DNA of 64,000 nucleotides, taken from the NCBI GenBank assembly GCA_039188945.1, contig JBCCYW010000002.1, positions 26,449-90,448 on the forward strand, given 5' to 3'. The position numbers and the translations under genes are program-made. The notes beneath the pieces were generated by a model that was given only the letters and a program-made list of their open reading frames with translations, did no database searches and was not told the origin of the DNA. Shown here in pieces: positions 10,310-20,286 of this stretch; position 1 is the stretch's first letter; each line of letters begins with the position of its first letter. The DNA comes from Patescibacteria group bacterium (lineage in GTDB: Bacteria > Patescibacteriota > Minisyncoccia > Phycocordibacterales > UBA918).

Positions 10310-10801
10310 TCATTCAGTACTCCTTTTCCAGCATTGCTTATCTTTGTACGCCTGACTAATGAGGTCTTTCGGAATCGGCACCGTTTCGGAGGTATGATGC
10401 AATTTTTGCTCACTTAGTAGATACTCAAAGAGTGGCTCTCTGGTGAGGGCAATATGGACCAAGGTATTAATTTCTTTAAGATTTTTACCTTGGTGCCAAG
10501 CATGAGCATGGAAACTCGCTGAAGGAGCCCAACATATCCGCTCGCTGGAAACCAGCAACCACAGACACGCACTTTGACACGAACCTTCAATTTGCACCCA
10601 GCGATCAAGCAACAATTTGTATGCATCAAAGTATCCTCCAGGTGACTCAACGATCACAATCGGCATATCTCTGGGGATACTCTCCACGGCCCTCTTCACC
10701 ATGACACCATTGTAATAAGCAATTCCCTGCTTGTACTCAATCTTCCAACTTGTACAAGCACTCATCAGCACGACACTGATGAGCAGTAACGCTTTTCTCA
10801 T
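10310..10801 (-). CDS. Putative lipoprotein with ClpP/crotonase-like motifs
   Basis: Lipobox LMSAC, SPGG, CQSAC, FHAH; strong SD AAAGGAGG. Confidence 0.55.
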   Translation of the reverse strand: MRKALLLISVVLMSACTSWKIEYKQGIAYYNGVMVKRAVESIPRDMPIVIVESPGGYFDAYKLLLDRWVQIEGSCQSACLWLLVSSERICWAPSASFHAHAWHQGKNLKEINTLVHIALTREPLFEYLLSEQKLHHTSETVPIPKDLISQAYKDKQCWKRSTE

Positions 10802-11088
10802 AACGCCTCCTTTCTTCAGTTCTATCAGTAACCTACTGCAACAACCAATTTTGTAAAGCCTATGCTCAACATAATGCTGGTTCTATGCTATCCTGTGGCG
10901 CACAAATCAAATTGGATGGAACTCGGTCTACTGTTGGCTGAGTGAGAAAGTCTGGGAGACTTTCGCAAGACCTTGCCTGATATTTTCTTGAGGTTGTGCC
11001 AAGAGTAAAATATCGACAAGGTGTACTGCGCCTGTAAGGCGAAAGAAACTCCGGAACTTCCTTACAAAATTTGTTTAATAGAAAATAT

Positions 11089-11105
11089 GGAGGGTTGGCT
11101 GAGTG
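11089..11105 (+). repeat. Duplicate of the tRNA-Ser 5' end (17 bp); shorter copy at 10933-10944
   Basis: GGAGGGTTGGCTGAGTG is identical to 11207-11223. Confidence 0.85.
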
Positions 11106-11206
11106 CTCAATGAGCAAAGGAGCTGTCTAAGCGACTATTGCAAATTAGTGTTTAATACTCAAACACTCTTCAGGTGTAAAAGATGGATGAAAAATCAAAT
11201 ATTCAC

Positions 11207-11294
11207 GGAGGGTTGGCTGAGTGGTCGAAAGCGCCTCACTGCTAACGAGGTAAGGGTTTATAGCCCTTCATGGGTTCGAATCCCATACCCTCCG
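11207..11294 (+). tRNA. tRNA-Ser(GCT), long variable arm, CCA not encoded
   Basis: GGAGGGT/ACCCTCC acceptor, CCTCA-CTGCTAA-CGAGG anticodon arm, ATGGG-TTCGAAT-CCCAT T arm. Confidence 0.95.
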
Positions 11295-11391
11295 CATGGA
11301 GAAAAATCACTGAACTTCTGGTTCAGTGATTTTTCTTCACCTCGTGAAGAAATGATATTCGAAGTTTATGCCCTGGAGCGACAGCGTAAGG

Positions 11392-12222
11392 GTAAATCCC
11401 ATACCCTCCGCTATCATTCTGAGCGATACTGCGACTGCTAGTAACACTCTAAATCTGTTGCAAAATAACTGATCTATGGTTTGATACGTCCAAGCCGCCT
11501 ACTGCGGTTTCTGTCAACTCAAATGAGCTGGCAGGAGCCAGCAGGAAGGAAGTCATGCTTACACTCTTCGCTTTGTTCCTTTTCATGGCCATCCCAGGTT
11601 GGGAGTCTCACGACGTGCCTAAACTATTCGATAAGATCGTGGGCGCCCCCGAGCTGAAAATTTCAGTGCTACTGGCTATCGTGGTCGGCTTGTTCAGTAC
11701 CGGTTTTTGGATGAGTTACGTGATAAGAATGGAGATGCACCCGCTGTCTGCCATCACGGCGTTGGGCCTCGCGTGGATGGCTGCTCTGGCGGTTTTCTAT
11801 GTCAACGAACTGTTGGCGCGTGCAGTCTATTTCTTTACCTTCAGGAGCCTTCCAAGCCGCCGTCTGTGGAACTGTCTGGCACAGCCAGTCTGACGAACGG
11901 CCCGGGCTCAGGCCAACGCCGCCACCTTCGGGATGGCGGCGTTTTCACATTTAGGCCGCCAAATCCACATCATTCTCAAACCCAAAATTCCTCCGCCACG
12001 TCTCCTTCTTCTTAAGTTTTTTCTGACACTTCTTTTTCCAGGCACACTATCAAACTCACCGATAAAAGCTCTAAGAGTGTCTCGGATCGAGCCGCATGAA
12101 TAAATCGATCCGGATTCTTTCCGGACCGATTTATTTATATCTGAGTGTCATGAGAAGTTTATGCTAGGACATATATTTTAATGCACTATAAAAATAATAT
12201 CGTAGTAAATCCCATACCCTCC
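11392..12222 (+). mobile_element. Integrase-less mini-island bounded by tRNA-Ser 3'-end direct repeats
   Basis: GTAAATCCCATACCCTCC at 11392-11409 and 12205-12222; its last 15 bp match tRNA 11279-11293. Confidence 0.65.
11555..11893 (+). CDS. Hypothetical membrane protein (about 3 TM)
   Basis: Hydrophobic ORF, purine-rich SD AGGAAGGAAG, followed by a GC hairpin terminator at ~11916-11945. Confidence 0.6.
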   Translation: MLTLFALFLFMAIPGWESHDVPKLFDKIVGAPELKISVLLAIVVGLFSTGFWMSYVIRMEMHPLSAITALGLAWMAALAVFYVNELLARAVYFFTFRSLPSRRLWNCLAQPV

Positions 12223-12367
12223 ACAGGCATAGTCACCACTTGGTAAGGAGATTACTTTTAAGTACGTTCTTGTGAGTATTGTCACATAGCCTATAGTATA
12301 GGTTGTTTTACAAAGTAACGCTTCGTGTACACGTAATTTATAAATTATCTCAATAATAAATATCATT

Positions 12368-12850
12368 ATGGAAACAAATAAACCAAGCTTGCCAATGCAC
12401 ACAAACCTGATCCCTGAAGAGGTTGCTACCAAAATTATTGCCGCTGACCAGTCTGGCAAAGATAAAGCTCAAGTGATTATCGATCTGTATCAGGCACTAG
12501 CAACCAAACCTACACCCGAAGCGATTGCTCAATACGTAGCGGATGACTATATCCAACACAGTCCGATGTTGCCAGATGGCCCAGAAGGGTTAGCCACGTT
12601 TTTTGCATCACTCACTGAGGCATACCCAGTGAGCATTGACGTGCATCGAGTGCTGGTCGTTGATGATTGGGCAATGGCACACGTTAACTTCCGAAATATG
12701 AATACTGATGATGAAAACGATCTAGGTATGGCTGGTGTAGATATCTACACATTTGGGTCAGATGGCAAGATAACTGAGCACTGGGACGCTGTACAGGAGG
12801 TGCCGGCACAATCTGCTAACCCAAACGGAATGTTTGCAAAGATCGGTTAA
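12368..12850 (+). CDS. SnoaL-like / NTF2-family protein
   Basis: DYIQHSP..DGPEG, DIYTF..GKITEHWD. Confidence 0.88.
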   Translation: METNKPSLPMHTNLIPEEVATKIIAADQSGKDKAQVIIDLYQALATKPTPEAIAQYVADDYIQHSPMLPDGPEGLATFFASLTEAYPVSIDVHRVLVVDDWAMAHVNFRNMNTDDENDLGMAGVDIYTFGSDGKITEHWDAVQEVPAQSANPNGMFAKIG

Positions 12851-12926
12851 TAGAAATGTATTACTTGCTAGAAAAGCTGATAACGGAAGAGATAGGGGTC
12901 AAAATGTAACAAACTATCACTCAAAC

Positions 12927-13721
12927 CTAATCCACATTATCGTTACAGATAGCCTTTACGGTCACCGTATCACTGTTGCTGGTATGCCAATTGGTACACG
13001 ACTTCGTTTTATACCCACCGGTAGAGAAATCTATCGTGCAGGTCGTGTCTTTTTTGCGATGAGTAATAGCGATGTCTTGTTGGGCCGTCTCAGAACACGA
13101 CACCCGAAATTCTTTCGTGGCTCCGTGCCCTAACGTATAGTCGAACTTACACTGACAATCACCACCCTCAGCGGCAGGTTCACAATCACACTTGTAGTGT
13201 TTGTACGTTGAATCAATAAAGAGAGCCGACTGAGCGAACGAAGCGTATCGGGCAATGTCTCCAACGATAGGTTCTAGTGGCAGCACTTCGTAGGTCAGCG
13301 TATTAGTAATCTCATTATACGAAACACTCATGAGCTCAAGCACGAGAACACTTTGGGTACCGTCAGCGTGAAAAATGTCCAGTGCAGCATTTGGAGGTAC
13401 AGCAGCAAAGCTATTATCACCTTGATTCCAGGTACTCACAAACCCAACCGTCGGTTCACGCCCCACTTCTCGAGCCGGTCGGTCGGAGAAAAAAGTGGTC
13501 TGCTCTCCTACACCAAAGAGCGTGAGTGTCCACCTCTCTCCATCTTGATTAGGGACGAGTGATCCCGCTGTTGCATTTTGTACGTACAAGAAGGTTGGCT
13601 CAGTATGGGCGGGTACCTGCGGCATCTGCTGAGAGGAGTGGCTGAGAGTATAAGCGACACCGAGGGCTACAGTGATAAGTGCGACGCCACTGAAGACGAC
13701 TTGGTATGAAAGTGATTGCAT
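12927..13721 (-). CDS. Membrane-anchored hypothetical protein with Cys-rich C-terminal domain
   Basis: N-terminal TM, FSDRPAR and PPNAAL motifs, 8 Cys in the last ~90 aa. Confidence 0.7.
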   Translation of the reverse strand: MQSLSYQVVFSGVALITVALGVAYTLSHSSQQMPQVPAHTEPTFLYVQNATAGSLVPNQDGERWTLTLFGVGEQTTFFSDRPAREVGREPTVGFVSTWNQGDNSFAAVPPNAALDIFHADGTQSVLVLELMSVSYNEITNTLTYEVLPLEPIVGDIARYASFAQSALFIDSTYKHYKCDCEPAAEGGDCQCKFDYTLGHGATKEFRVSCSETAQQDIAITHRKKDTTCTIDFSTGGYKTKSCTNWHTSNSDTVTVKAICNDNVD

Positions 13722-13862
13722 AGAGTTGATTGCGTTAACTCACTTCTAAGAGTAGCAACTTGTTCTGGCACTTGGATGTGCAATGGGGATAAATCACATT
13801 CCCTTGTAAACCCAAACCATCTCTACAAACCAATCGTACTATTTCATAATAGGACAATATGA

Positions 13863-14216
13863 TCACCGACCTGTATCAGGACAAGGAGTAGGAGTGTCAC
13901 CACTAAGCTGTTGGTGTTGCTTGCCCCACGCAGCCATCGCTTCGATAACTGGTTTTGCTTTTTGTGCATACACATGTAAGGAATACTCGACTCGTGGCGG
14001 CACCTCAGCATAGACAGTCCGCGCAACCAACCCATCTTGCTCTAGCTCGCGCAGCTGTTGCGTCAACATCTTTTGTGATACAGCTGGAATGGCTTTCTGT
14101 AATTCACTAAACCGCAATGTGCTCTTGTGTAAGTGCCATAAAATCATTGGTTTCCACTTTCCACCCAAAATCCGCAAGGTGGTCTGGATCGGGTTTTCTG
14201 GTTCTTGGTTACGCAT
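13863..14216 (-). CDS. HxlR-family winged-helix regulator
   Basis: GGKWK, LRFSEL, SQKMLTQQLRELE, VPPRVEYSL. Confidence 0.93.
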   Translation of the reverse strand: MRNQEPENPIQTTLRILGGKWKPMILWHLHKSTLRFSELQKAIPAVSQKMLTQQLRELEQDGLVARTVYAEVPPRVEYSLHVYAQKAKPVIEAMAAWGKQHQQLSGDTPTPCPDTGR

Positions 14217-14349
14217 AGTTGTATCAGTTACAGTTACCTTTTGGTACCTTATGAACTAAAGAGTTAGTACTTGCTACTTATACTACTTACTATATATTGC
14301 TTACATATTTTATTAAAGCTCGATTTCAAGGGGCGCTAATCTAGTAATC

Positions 14350-15891
14350 ATGCCGAACCTCACCTATCTCTATAAATATTTCTTAATTACTGCAGTATTC
14401 GCACTCGCAGTCTACATCCTCTCGCCAGACAATAGTAGCGTATCGGAACCGTCGGAAAGCCCTAGTACGAATACTCCCCTGCCAACAGTGCAACTCCTCA
14501 CCGTACGCGATAGTAATGTTGCAGCTGACGCAGGTGGGCGACAACTTGAGGTGACAGGCACCATTGAGGCCGCGGCTGACGTTGATGTCTTACCTGAAGC
14601 AAGTGGTGTGATCAGTCGAGTGAGCGTGACCGAGGGTCAGGCGGTAACAGCTGGGCAAATCCTACTCGAGATAGAAAATACTGATGAGCGTATTGCGGTC
14701 GGTCAGGCACAGGCCCAACTCGAACAGCAACGAGTTGTACTAGCAGATTTAATCTCAGAAAGTGATACCAGTGGCAACTCGACCATTGCCTCGGTAGTAG
14801 AGCAGCAAGACGTCGCTATTGAAAATGCTTATGAAGCACTCCTCAACAACGACTTGCAAGCCTACCCCGACGATCCTGAAGATATCGACCACCCAAATCC
14901 CATCATATCTGGAACCTATTCGAGCACAGAAGAAGGGACATATATTATAGATGTCTATCGCTCGAGCAACGAGTCGGGCTACTCGTTTCGCCTTCGTGGC
15001 ATGGAATCAGGCACTTACCCAGTGTCATTTAACCAGCCAGTATCGTTTGGATCTCGAGGCCTCTTTATTAAGTTCACTCCAGACGAACTCGGCAATATGA
15101 AAGATGAGATCTGGAGAGTTACCATCCCTAATCAACGAAGCGCTAGCTATGTTGCCGCACTCACCAATTATGAAGCGGCGATTGAAGGTAAGGATGTAAC
15201 CGTTCGACAGACAGAAGTGAGCGAGGAAGACATTGCTCGACAACAAGCGATTGTTCGGCAGCAAGAACTCTCAGTGCAAGCAGCACAAAACGCCTTGCGT
15301 AAAACTATCGTTCGATCACCGATTAGTGGAACACTTACTTCATTTGATCTTGATATTGGAGATTTCGTAGCCACTGCCGCTGTCGCAACAGTAAAAAGTC
15401 TTGATCAATTGGAAGTCGTGACCAATGTAACTGAATTTGATCGTCTATTCGTCGCGGTTGGTAGCCCAGCTACCATTGCCGGCATTGCTGCCGGCGAAGT
15501 CATCTCGGTTGGAGCAGCCGCGAGTGAATTAACGCAAAAAGTGAAGGTGCGCATTGGTATAACTGACGCTGACCGGCAAACCTTTACCACCCTCTTCACT
15601 GAAGGCCAATCGGTACCTATCACACTCGAACGAACACCTAATGAGTCAATTTCACAAATCGAACGATTTGCTAACTTTGCGATTGTACCCCTCACGGCGA
15701 TTCAAATTATTGGCACAACACCAAGTGTCTTTGCCTTCAATCAAGCTGATAACACCGTGCGTACCGTACCAGTCGAGACAGGTCTACTCGTCGATGACTC
15801 AGTCTTAATTACAAGTGGTCTCGAAGCAGTTGACGCAGTAGTGGTTGACGGCCGAGGCCTGAGCGACGGTGAGATGGTGGTAGTCGAGTAG
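14350..15891 (+). CDS. RND efflux membrane fusion protein with inserted domain
   Basis: Lipoyl/barrel-sandwich halves (SGVISRVSVTEGQAV, SPISG) flanking a coiled coil; precedes the RND permease. Confidence 0.88.
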   Translation: MPNLTYLYKYFLITAVFALAVYILSPDNSSVSEPSESPSTNTPLPTVQLLTVRDSNVAADAGGRQLEVTGTIEAAADVDVLPEASGVISRVSVTEGQAVTAGQILLEIENTDERIAVGQAQAQLEQQRVVLADLISESDTSGNSTIASVVEQQDVAIENAYEALLNNDLQAYPDDPEDIDHPNPIISGTYSSTEEGTYIIDVYRSSNESGYSFRLRGMESGTYPVSFNQPVSFGSRGLFIKFTPDELGNMKDEIWRVTIPNQRSASYVAALTNYEAAIEGKDVTVRQTEVSEEDIARQQAIVRQQELSVQAAQNALRKTIVRSPISGTLTSFDLDIGDFVATAAVATVKSLDQLEVVTNVTEFDRLFVAVGSPATIAGIAAGEVISVGAAASELTQKVKVRIGITDADRQTFTTLFTEGQSVPITLERTPNESISQIERFANFAIVPLTAIQIIGTTPSVFAFNQADNTVRTVPVETGLLVDDSVLITSGLEAVDAVVVDGRGLSDGEMVVVE

Positions 15892-15895
15892 TCAT

Positions 15896-18800
15896 ATGCT
15901 TTTCTTAATTCAACGATCAGTATTTACCTATTTTGCACTCGTGTGTCTCCTCTTATACGGAGTATACAGTGTGATGATTATTGGTAAGGAATCTTCACCC
16001 GAAATCAATGTACCGATTGTCAGTGTAACAACAGTATTTCCTGGTGCTGCTGCCGCAGATGTCGAAGATCTCGTAACTGATGTTATTGAAGACGAGCTAC
16101 TACAAGCTCTAGACGATGTGGACACCATTGACTCCGTATCCTCACAGGGATTGTCAGTAATAACGGTCCACTTTGAATCGTATGTTGATCTTTCAACAGC
16201 AATACAAGATGTGAAAGATGAGGTTGATCTTATTGAAAGTGATTTACCTGACGATGCTGAAGATCCAATTGTCGACGAGGTGAATTATTCTGATGCGCCA
16301 GTCTATATTGTCTCGGTCTCGACAAGAAGCGCCCTCACTCAACTATCAGAGACCGTCGCACAAATTGAAGATCGACTGGATAGCATTCAGGGCGTATCTG
16401 AAGTAACTATTTCCGGACAGCCGGATCGACAGATTAATGTGATTGTGGGTACCGCTCAGATGGATCAGTTTAACCTCAATGCAAGTGATATCGTCGCTGC
16501 CCTCGACAGCGCCGACAGCTCACTTCCAGTGGGGTCGATTGTGCAATCAGGCACTGAATACAACATTACATTTGATGGCGAATTGAATAGTGTTGAACTT
16601 ATCGAGAATAGCGTTGTGGCAAGAACTCAGACCGGTCAGGCAATCTTTGTTCGAGATATTGCTAGAGTTGAAGATGGTCTAGCCGAGCGAGAATCATCTT
16701 CTCGACTCTCAGTTGCTGGCAGCGAACCACAACAAGCCATTACTTTCTCCATTAACAAGCAGTCGGGTTATGATGTCACGACACTAACCGCAGACGTACG
16801 CGCTGAACTGCTACTACTGGAAACTGAATTGGCTAGTGAACAGCTTGAATTTGTGACGCTGGAAGATGGTGGTGAAGACGTGACTGAGGACCTGATTGAC
16901 CTAGCTGTCACAGCAATGCAGACCATCACGCTTGTTTTTGTTGTTCTGCTGATTGGTCTTGGATCCCGGCAGGCGATACTGGCTGCTGCCGCAGTACCCA
17001 TTTCGTTTATTATTTCGTTTGTTGGCCTGTATTACACCGGCACAACCTTAAACTTTGTGAGTCTGTTTGCGCTCGTACTAGTAGTTGGGATGTTAGTAGA
17101 CTCAGCAGTGGTCATGGTTGAAGGGATGACAGGCGAACTCAAGAAAGGCCTGAAGGGGTATGACGCAGCCAAAAGCACTATTTCAATTTATTCTGCATCA
17201 GTCACCGCTGGAACGTTAACAACAATATCAATCTTTGCTCCGATGTTATTTCTATCGGGGGCAGTCGGCGAGTTCATCACCTCAATCCCAGCGACGGTGA
17301 TAGTGGTCATGACAGTATCGCTTATCATCGCCATCATATACATTCCTTTGTTTGGCATCTCTTTTCTTCGCATTACGCCAGTGATACCCGGCACGTTTGG
17401 AGAAAAACGTGAACAATTCGTAAAAGCGATGAATGCTTGGTATCGAGAAAAACTAGAATACATACTCGCTCATAATGCTGTCGCTAGAGGTTTTGTGGCA
17501 GTAATCATTCTCCTGTTTGTGGCGGCGATAAGTCTCGTGACTACTGGCGCTGTTAAAGTAATGTTCTTCCCTGAAGATGACTTTAGTCAGTTCAATGTCC
17601 AAGTCGACATGCCAACCGGAACCCTCTTGGAGCAAACAGAACGAGCTACCGAACCAGTTGAAACGATTATTCAATCTCATCCTCGAGTCACTGCTTTTGT
17701 TTCTGAAATTACCGCTGAGGAAGCCGATATTACTGTCGTGATTGATGACGAAACACTTGGTGACAGTGTAGTTCGAGAGTTACGCGCCACGATTGGTGAG
17801 CTTGCTTCCGTAGCGGACGTTACCGTGGTACCACCTGCTTCGGGCGTATCAACAGGAGCACCGTTTCAAGTGAAGTTTGTCGGCGACGATTTAGAAGCAC
17901 TCACCACTGTCGCCAACGAAGCAACTGCCTTAGTCAAGACAATCCCTGATACTTTTGATGTGACCAATAGTCTAGCCGGGGCGGGCATCGATATCATTCT
18001 CGAAGCTAATCGCGAAACAATTGAAGAGACAGGGATTACTGTCGACCAACTGGCTGGCACAGTGCGCTCAGCCTTATTTGGAGCAGATGCCTACTCATAC
18101 ACACATCCAAAAAGTAACGATGATGTCGATGTATCAGTACGCGTCGGCCTAAACGCAGAGACATTTGTCACCGATGACACTAATGCTATCACCATCGATA
18201 CATTACGTGGATTACCAATTACCACTCCAAATGGTACGGTGCTGCTCGGCTCACTTATTACCGAATCACTCGAAGCAAGTAACACATCAATCGAACATGA
18301 AGATGGCCAACGCGTAATTACCGTATCAAGCTACATTGCTGAAGATGTTGTGGTAAATGATATCAACGACCGTTACACAGCACTCGCTGCAGCGGCACTA
18401 ACGCTTCCTGACGGGGTCACCATGAAATTTGGTGGTGATACAGAAGACAGTGCTGATTCAACTGCTGATCTAGGTATTGCCTTATTGGTAGGCGTATTTC
18501 TAATCATGGTTGTGCTGGTTTTTCAGTTCAATTCAATAAAGAGCATGTTGTTTATTGTCAGTGTCATTCCTCTAGGACTCATTGGGGTACTATTTGGACT
18601 TGCCGCATTTGGCCAACCCCTATCATTCACCGGCATGCTCGGGTTTGTTGCTTTGGTTGGAATCGTCATCAATAACTCAATCATGCTGATCAGTTCAATG
18701 AATGATGCCAAGGCAACTGGTACGACATCACACCTTAACGTTGTACTCGACAGTTCGGTTGGTCGCTTACGACCAATCCTTCTCACAACAGCTACGACAG

Positions 18801-18943
18801 TGATCGGCATGATGCCACTCCTCAACTCTTCACCAATGTGGGCACCGCTCGCGCTTGCTATCATCTTTGGTCTTTTATTTGCGGTAGTACTAACCTTAGT
18901 GATGATTCCCATCTTTTACAACTGGTGGGCTACTCAGTCGTAG
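15896..18943 (+). CDS. RND efflux permease (AcrB/CusA family)
   Basis: 1015 aa; GMLVDSAVVMVE, GIVINNSI, RLRPILLT. Confidence 0.95.
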   Translation: MLFLIQRSVFTYFALVCLLLYGVYSVMIIGKESSPEINVPIVSVTTVFPGAAAADVEDLVTDVIEDELLQALDDVDTIDSVSSQGLSVITVHFESYVDLSTAIQDVKDEVDLIESDLPDDAEDPIVDEVNYSDAPVYIVSVSTRSALTQLSETVAQIEDRLDSIQGVSEVTISGQPDRQINVIVGTAQMDQFNLNASDIVAALDSADSSLPVGSIVQSGTEYNITFDGELNSVELIENSVVARTQTGQAIFVRDIARVEDGLAERESSSRLSVAGSEPQQAITFSINKQSGYDVTTLTADVRAELLLLETELASEQLEFVTLEDGGEDVTEDLIDLAVTAMQTITLVFVVLLIGLGSRQAILAAAAVPISFIISFVGLYYTGTTLNFVSLFALVLVVGMLVDSAVVMVEGMTGELKKGLKGYDAAKSTISIYSASVTAGTLTTISIFAPMLFLSGAVGEFITSIPATVIVVMTVSLIIAIIYIPLFGISFLRITPVIPGTFGEKREQFVKAMNAWYREKLEYILAHNAVARGFVAVIILLFVAAISLVTTGAVKVMFFPEDDFSQFNVQVDMPTGTLLEQTERATEPVETIIQSHPRVTAFVSEITAEEADITVVIDDETLGDSVVRELRATIGELASVADVTVVPPASGVSTGAPFQVKFVGDDLEALTTVANEATALVKTIPDTFDVTNSLAGAGIDIILEANRETIEETGITVDQLAGTVRSALFGADAYSYTHPKSNDDVDVSVRVGLNAETFVTDDTNAITIDTLRGLPITTPNGTVLLGSLITESLEASNTSIEHEDGQRVITVSSYIAEDVVVNDINDRYTALAAAALTLPDGVTMKFGGDTEDSADSTADLGIALLVGVFLIMVVLVFQFNSIKSMLFIVSVIPLGLIGVLFGLAAFGQPLSFTGMLGFVALVGIVINNSIMLISSMNDAKATGTTSHLNVVLDSSVGRLRPILLTTATTVIGMMPLLNSSPMWAPLALAIIFGLLFAVVLTLVMIPIFYNWWATQS

Positions 18944-19259
18944 AGTCAGATCCTTCATTGCTTGAGACCTGCTGTTCTCGTCTCTCTAAATACTGTTCTC
19001 CAAGGTGAGTGGCGAGCGAAATGTACAGCGTGATAGAGATCAATGCGTACATGGCAGTTACAAGCCGCGTGGTGTCACTTGACGGTACCAAGTCACCATA
19101 GCCAACAGTGGTCATTGTCGCTACAGAAAAATAAAACGCTTGTATCCAGGTAAATGGTTCAATCAATTTAAATAACATCGTACCACCAAGCAGGAGCGTA
19201 AAAAGGGTGGCTATTATAATTTTAACGCGATACCGCTTGAGAGCTGCATTGTAGTTCAT
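18930..19259 (-). CDS. Minimal potassium channel (2 TM)
   Basis: TMTTVGYGD selectivity filter. Confidence 0.92.
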   Translation of the reverse strand: MNYNAALKRYRVKIIIATLFTLLLGGTMLFKLIEPFTWIQAFYFSVATMTTVGYGDLVPSSDTTRLVTAMYALISITLYISLATHLGEQYLERREQQVSSNEGSDSTTE

Positions 19260-19423
19260 GACAAGTATGTACTTACACTTCGTAGCTATACAATAACATC
19301 TCCTACCAACCGACTTACACGCTACCTAATAATCTTTACCCTGCAGCCTCGATACAATTTTTTGATTCTCTAGAAAAGAACACGTATTTCTCAAGAGCAG
19401 TGTCTTACCGGTATACTAACCAC

Positions 19424-20224
19424 ATGTTTTGGACAGTCATCGGAATCGGCTTGCTCCTCTGGGTACTCTACGACCTCTATACCGGAGAAGTATGGAGTTA
19501 TCGAGCAATCAAGCGCAAAGAAGAACCGGGGCAATACTGGCTTTGGACGGCTATTTGGTTTGTGATTGCGCTCACCGTTCTCTACCCTTCTTTGCAGTAT
19601 TTCTCTGGCTCGCCTTATACCTATGTTGAAGATGGTGAAGAAGCCACTTCACTTGAAACGACAGCCACTGAATCACCAGAACCAGTCACCACACCCGAAG
19701 AGACTGCTCTCATCGAGCCAGACGGCCAGGAAACAGACTCCTGTGTAGTGCTTGAGGACTTCACTGGTACTTCGGGATTACGTTGGGGTACGGTAAACGA
19801 CGGCGTCATGGGTGGACTCTCCAGTGGCACGACGGTGATCTTGGATGAGAAACTCATCCATACTGGTACCATCAATACCAACGGCGGCGGCTTTTCCTAC
19901 ACTGGCACTCGCCTAACTGAAGATGCGTTGGTTGGATACAACAGTCTTAAAGTATTGCTCAACACCAACGGCAGAAGCTACGATGTAAACTTTAACGACG
20001 CGCGATACTGGCGCATCAACCACCAAACCCCCGTCCCTACAACGAGAGATAGTTGGCAGGAAGTGACGATTCATTTCTCTGATACCATACCAACTATTTT
20101 TAGTCGCCCAGTTGAAAGTGAGCCGTTTGCTGCAGCTGCGATAAGTGAACTCAACTTTATCTTAAGTGACGGCATTGATGGTCCGTTCCGGATGGAGATT
20201 GATTGGATTAAGGTCTGTTCATAA
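19424..20224 (+). CDS. CIA30-family protein with two N-terminal TM segments
   Basis: WGTVNDGVMGGLS and NGGGF motifs; ATG follows TATACT. Confidence 0.8.
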   Translation: MFWTVIGIGLLLWVLYDLYTGEVWSYRAIKRKEEPGQYWLWTAIWFVIALTVLYPSLQYFSGSPYTYVEDGEEATSLETTATESPEPVTTPEETALIEPDGQETDSCVVLEDFTGTSGLRWGTVNDGVMGGLSSGTTVILDEKLIHTGTINTNGGGFSYTGTRLTEDALVGYNSLKVLLNTNGRSYDVNFNDARYWRINHQTPVPTTRDSWQEVTIHFSDTIPTIFSRPVESEPFAAAAISELNFILSDGIDGPFRMEIDWIKVCS

Positions 20225-20286
20225 CGCACTGAAACATTTCCTAACCTTGCGTGTACTAAGAGGTGAACAGGTAATGAATTTTAGAT

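Noticed and set aside
10866-11441. ORFs 10866-11117 and 11103-11441
   Set aside because: They overlap tRNA-Ser and hairpin debris and have no protein-like features
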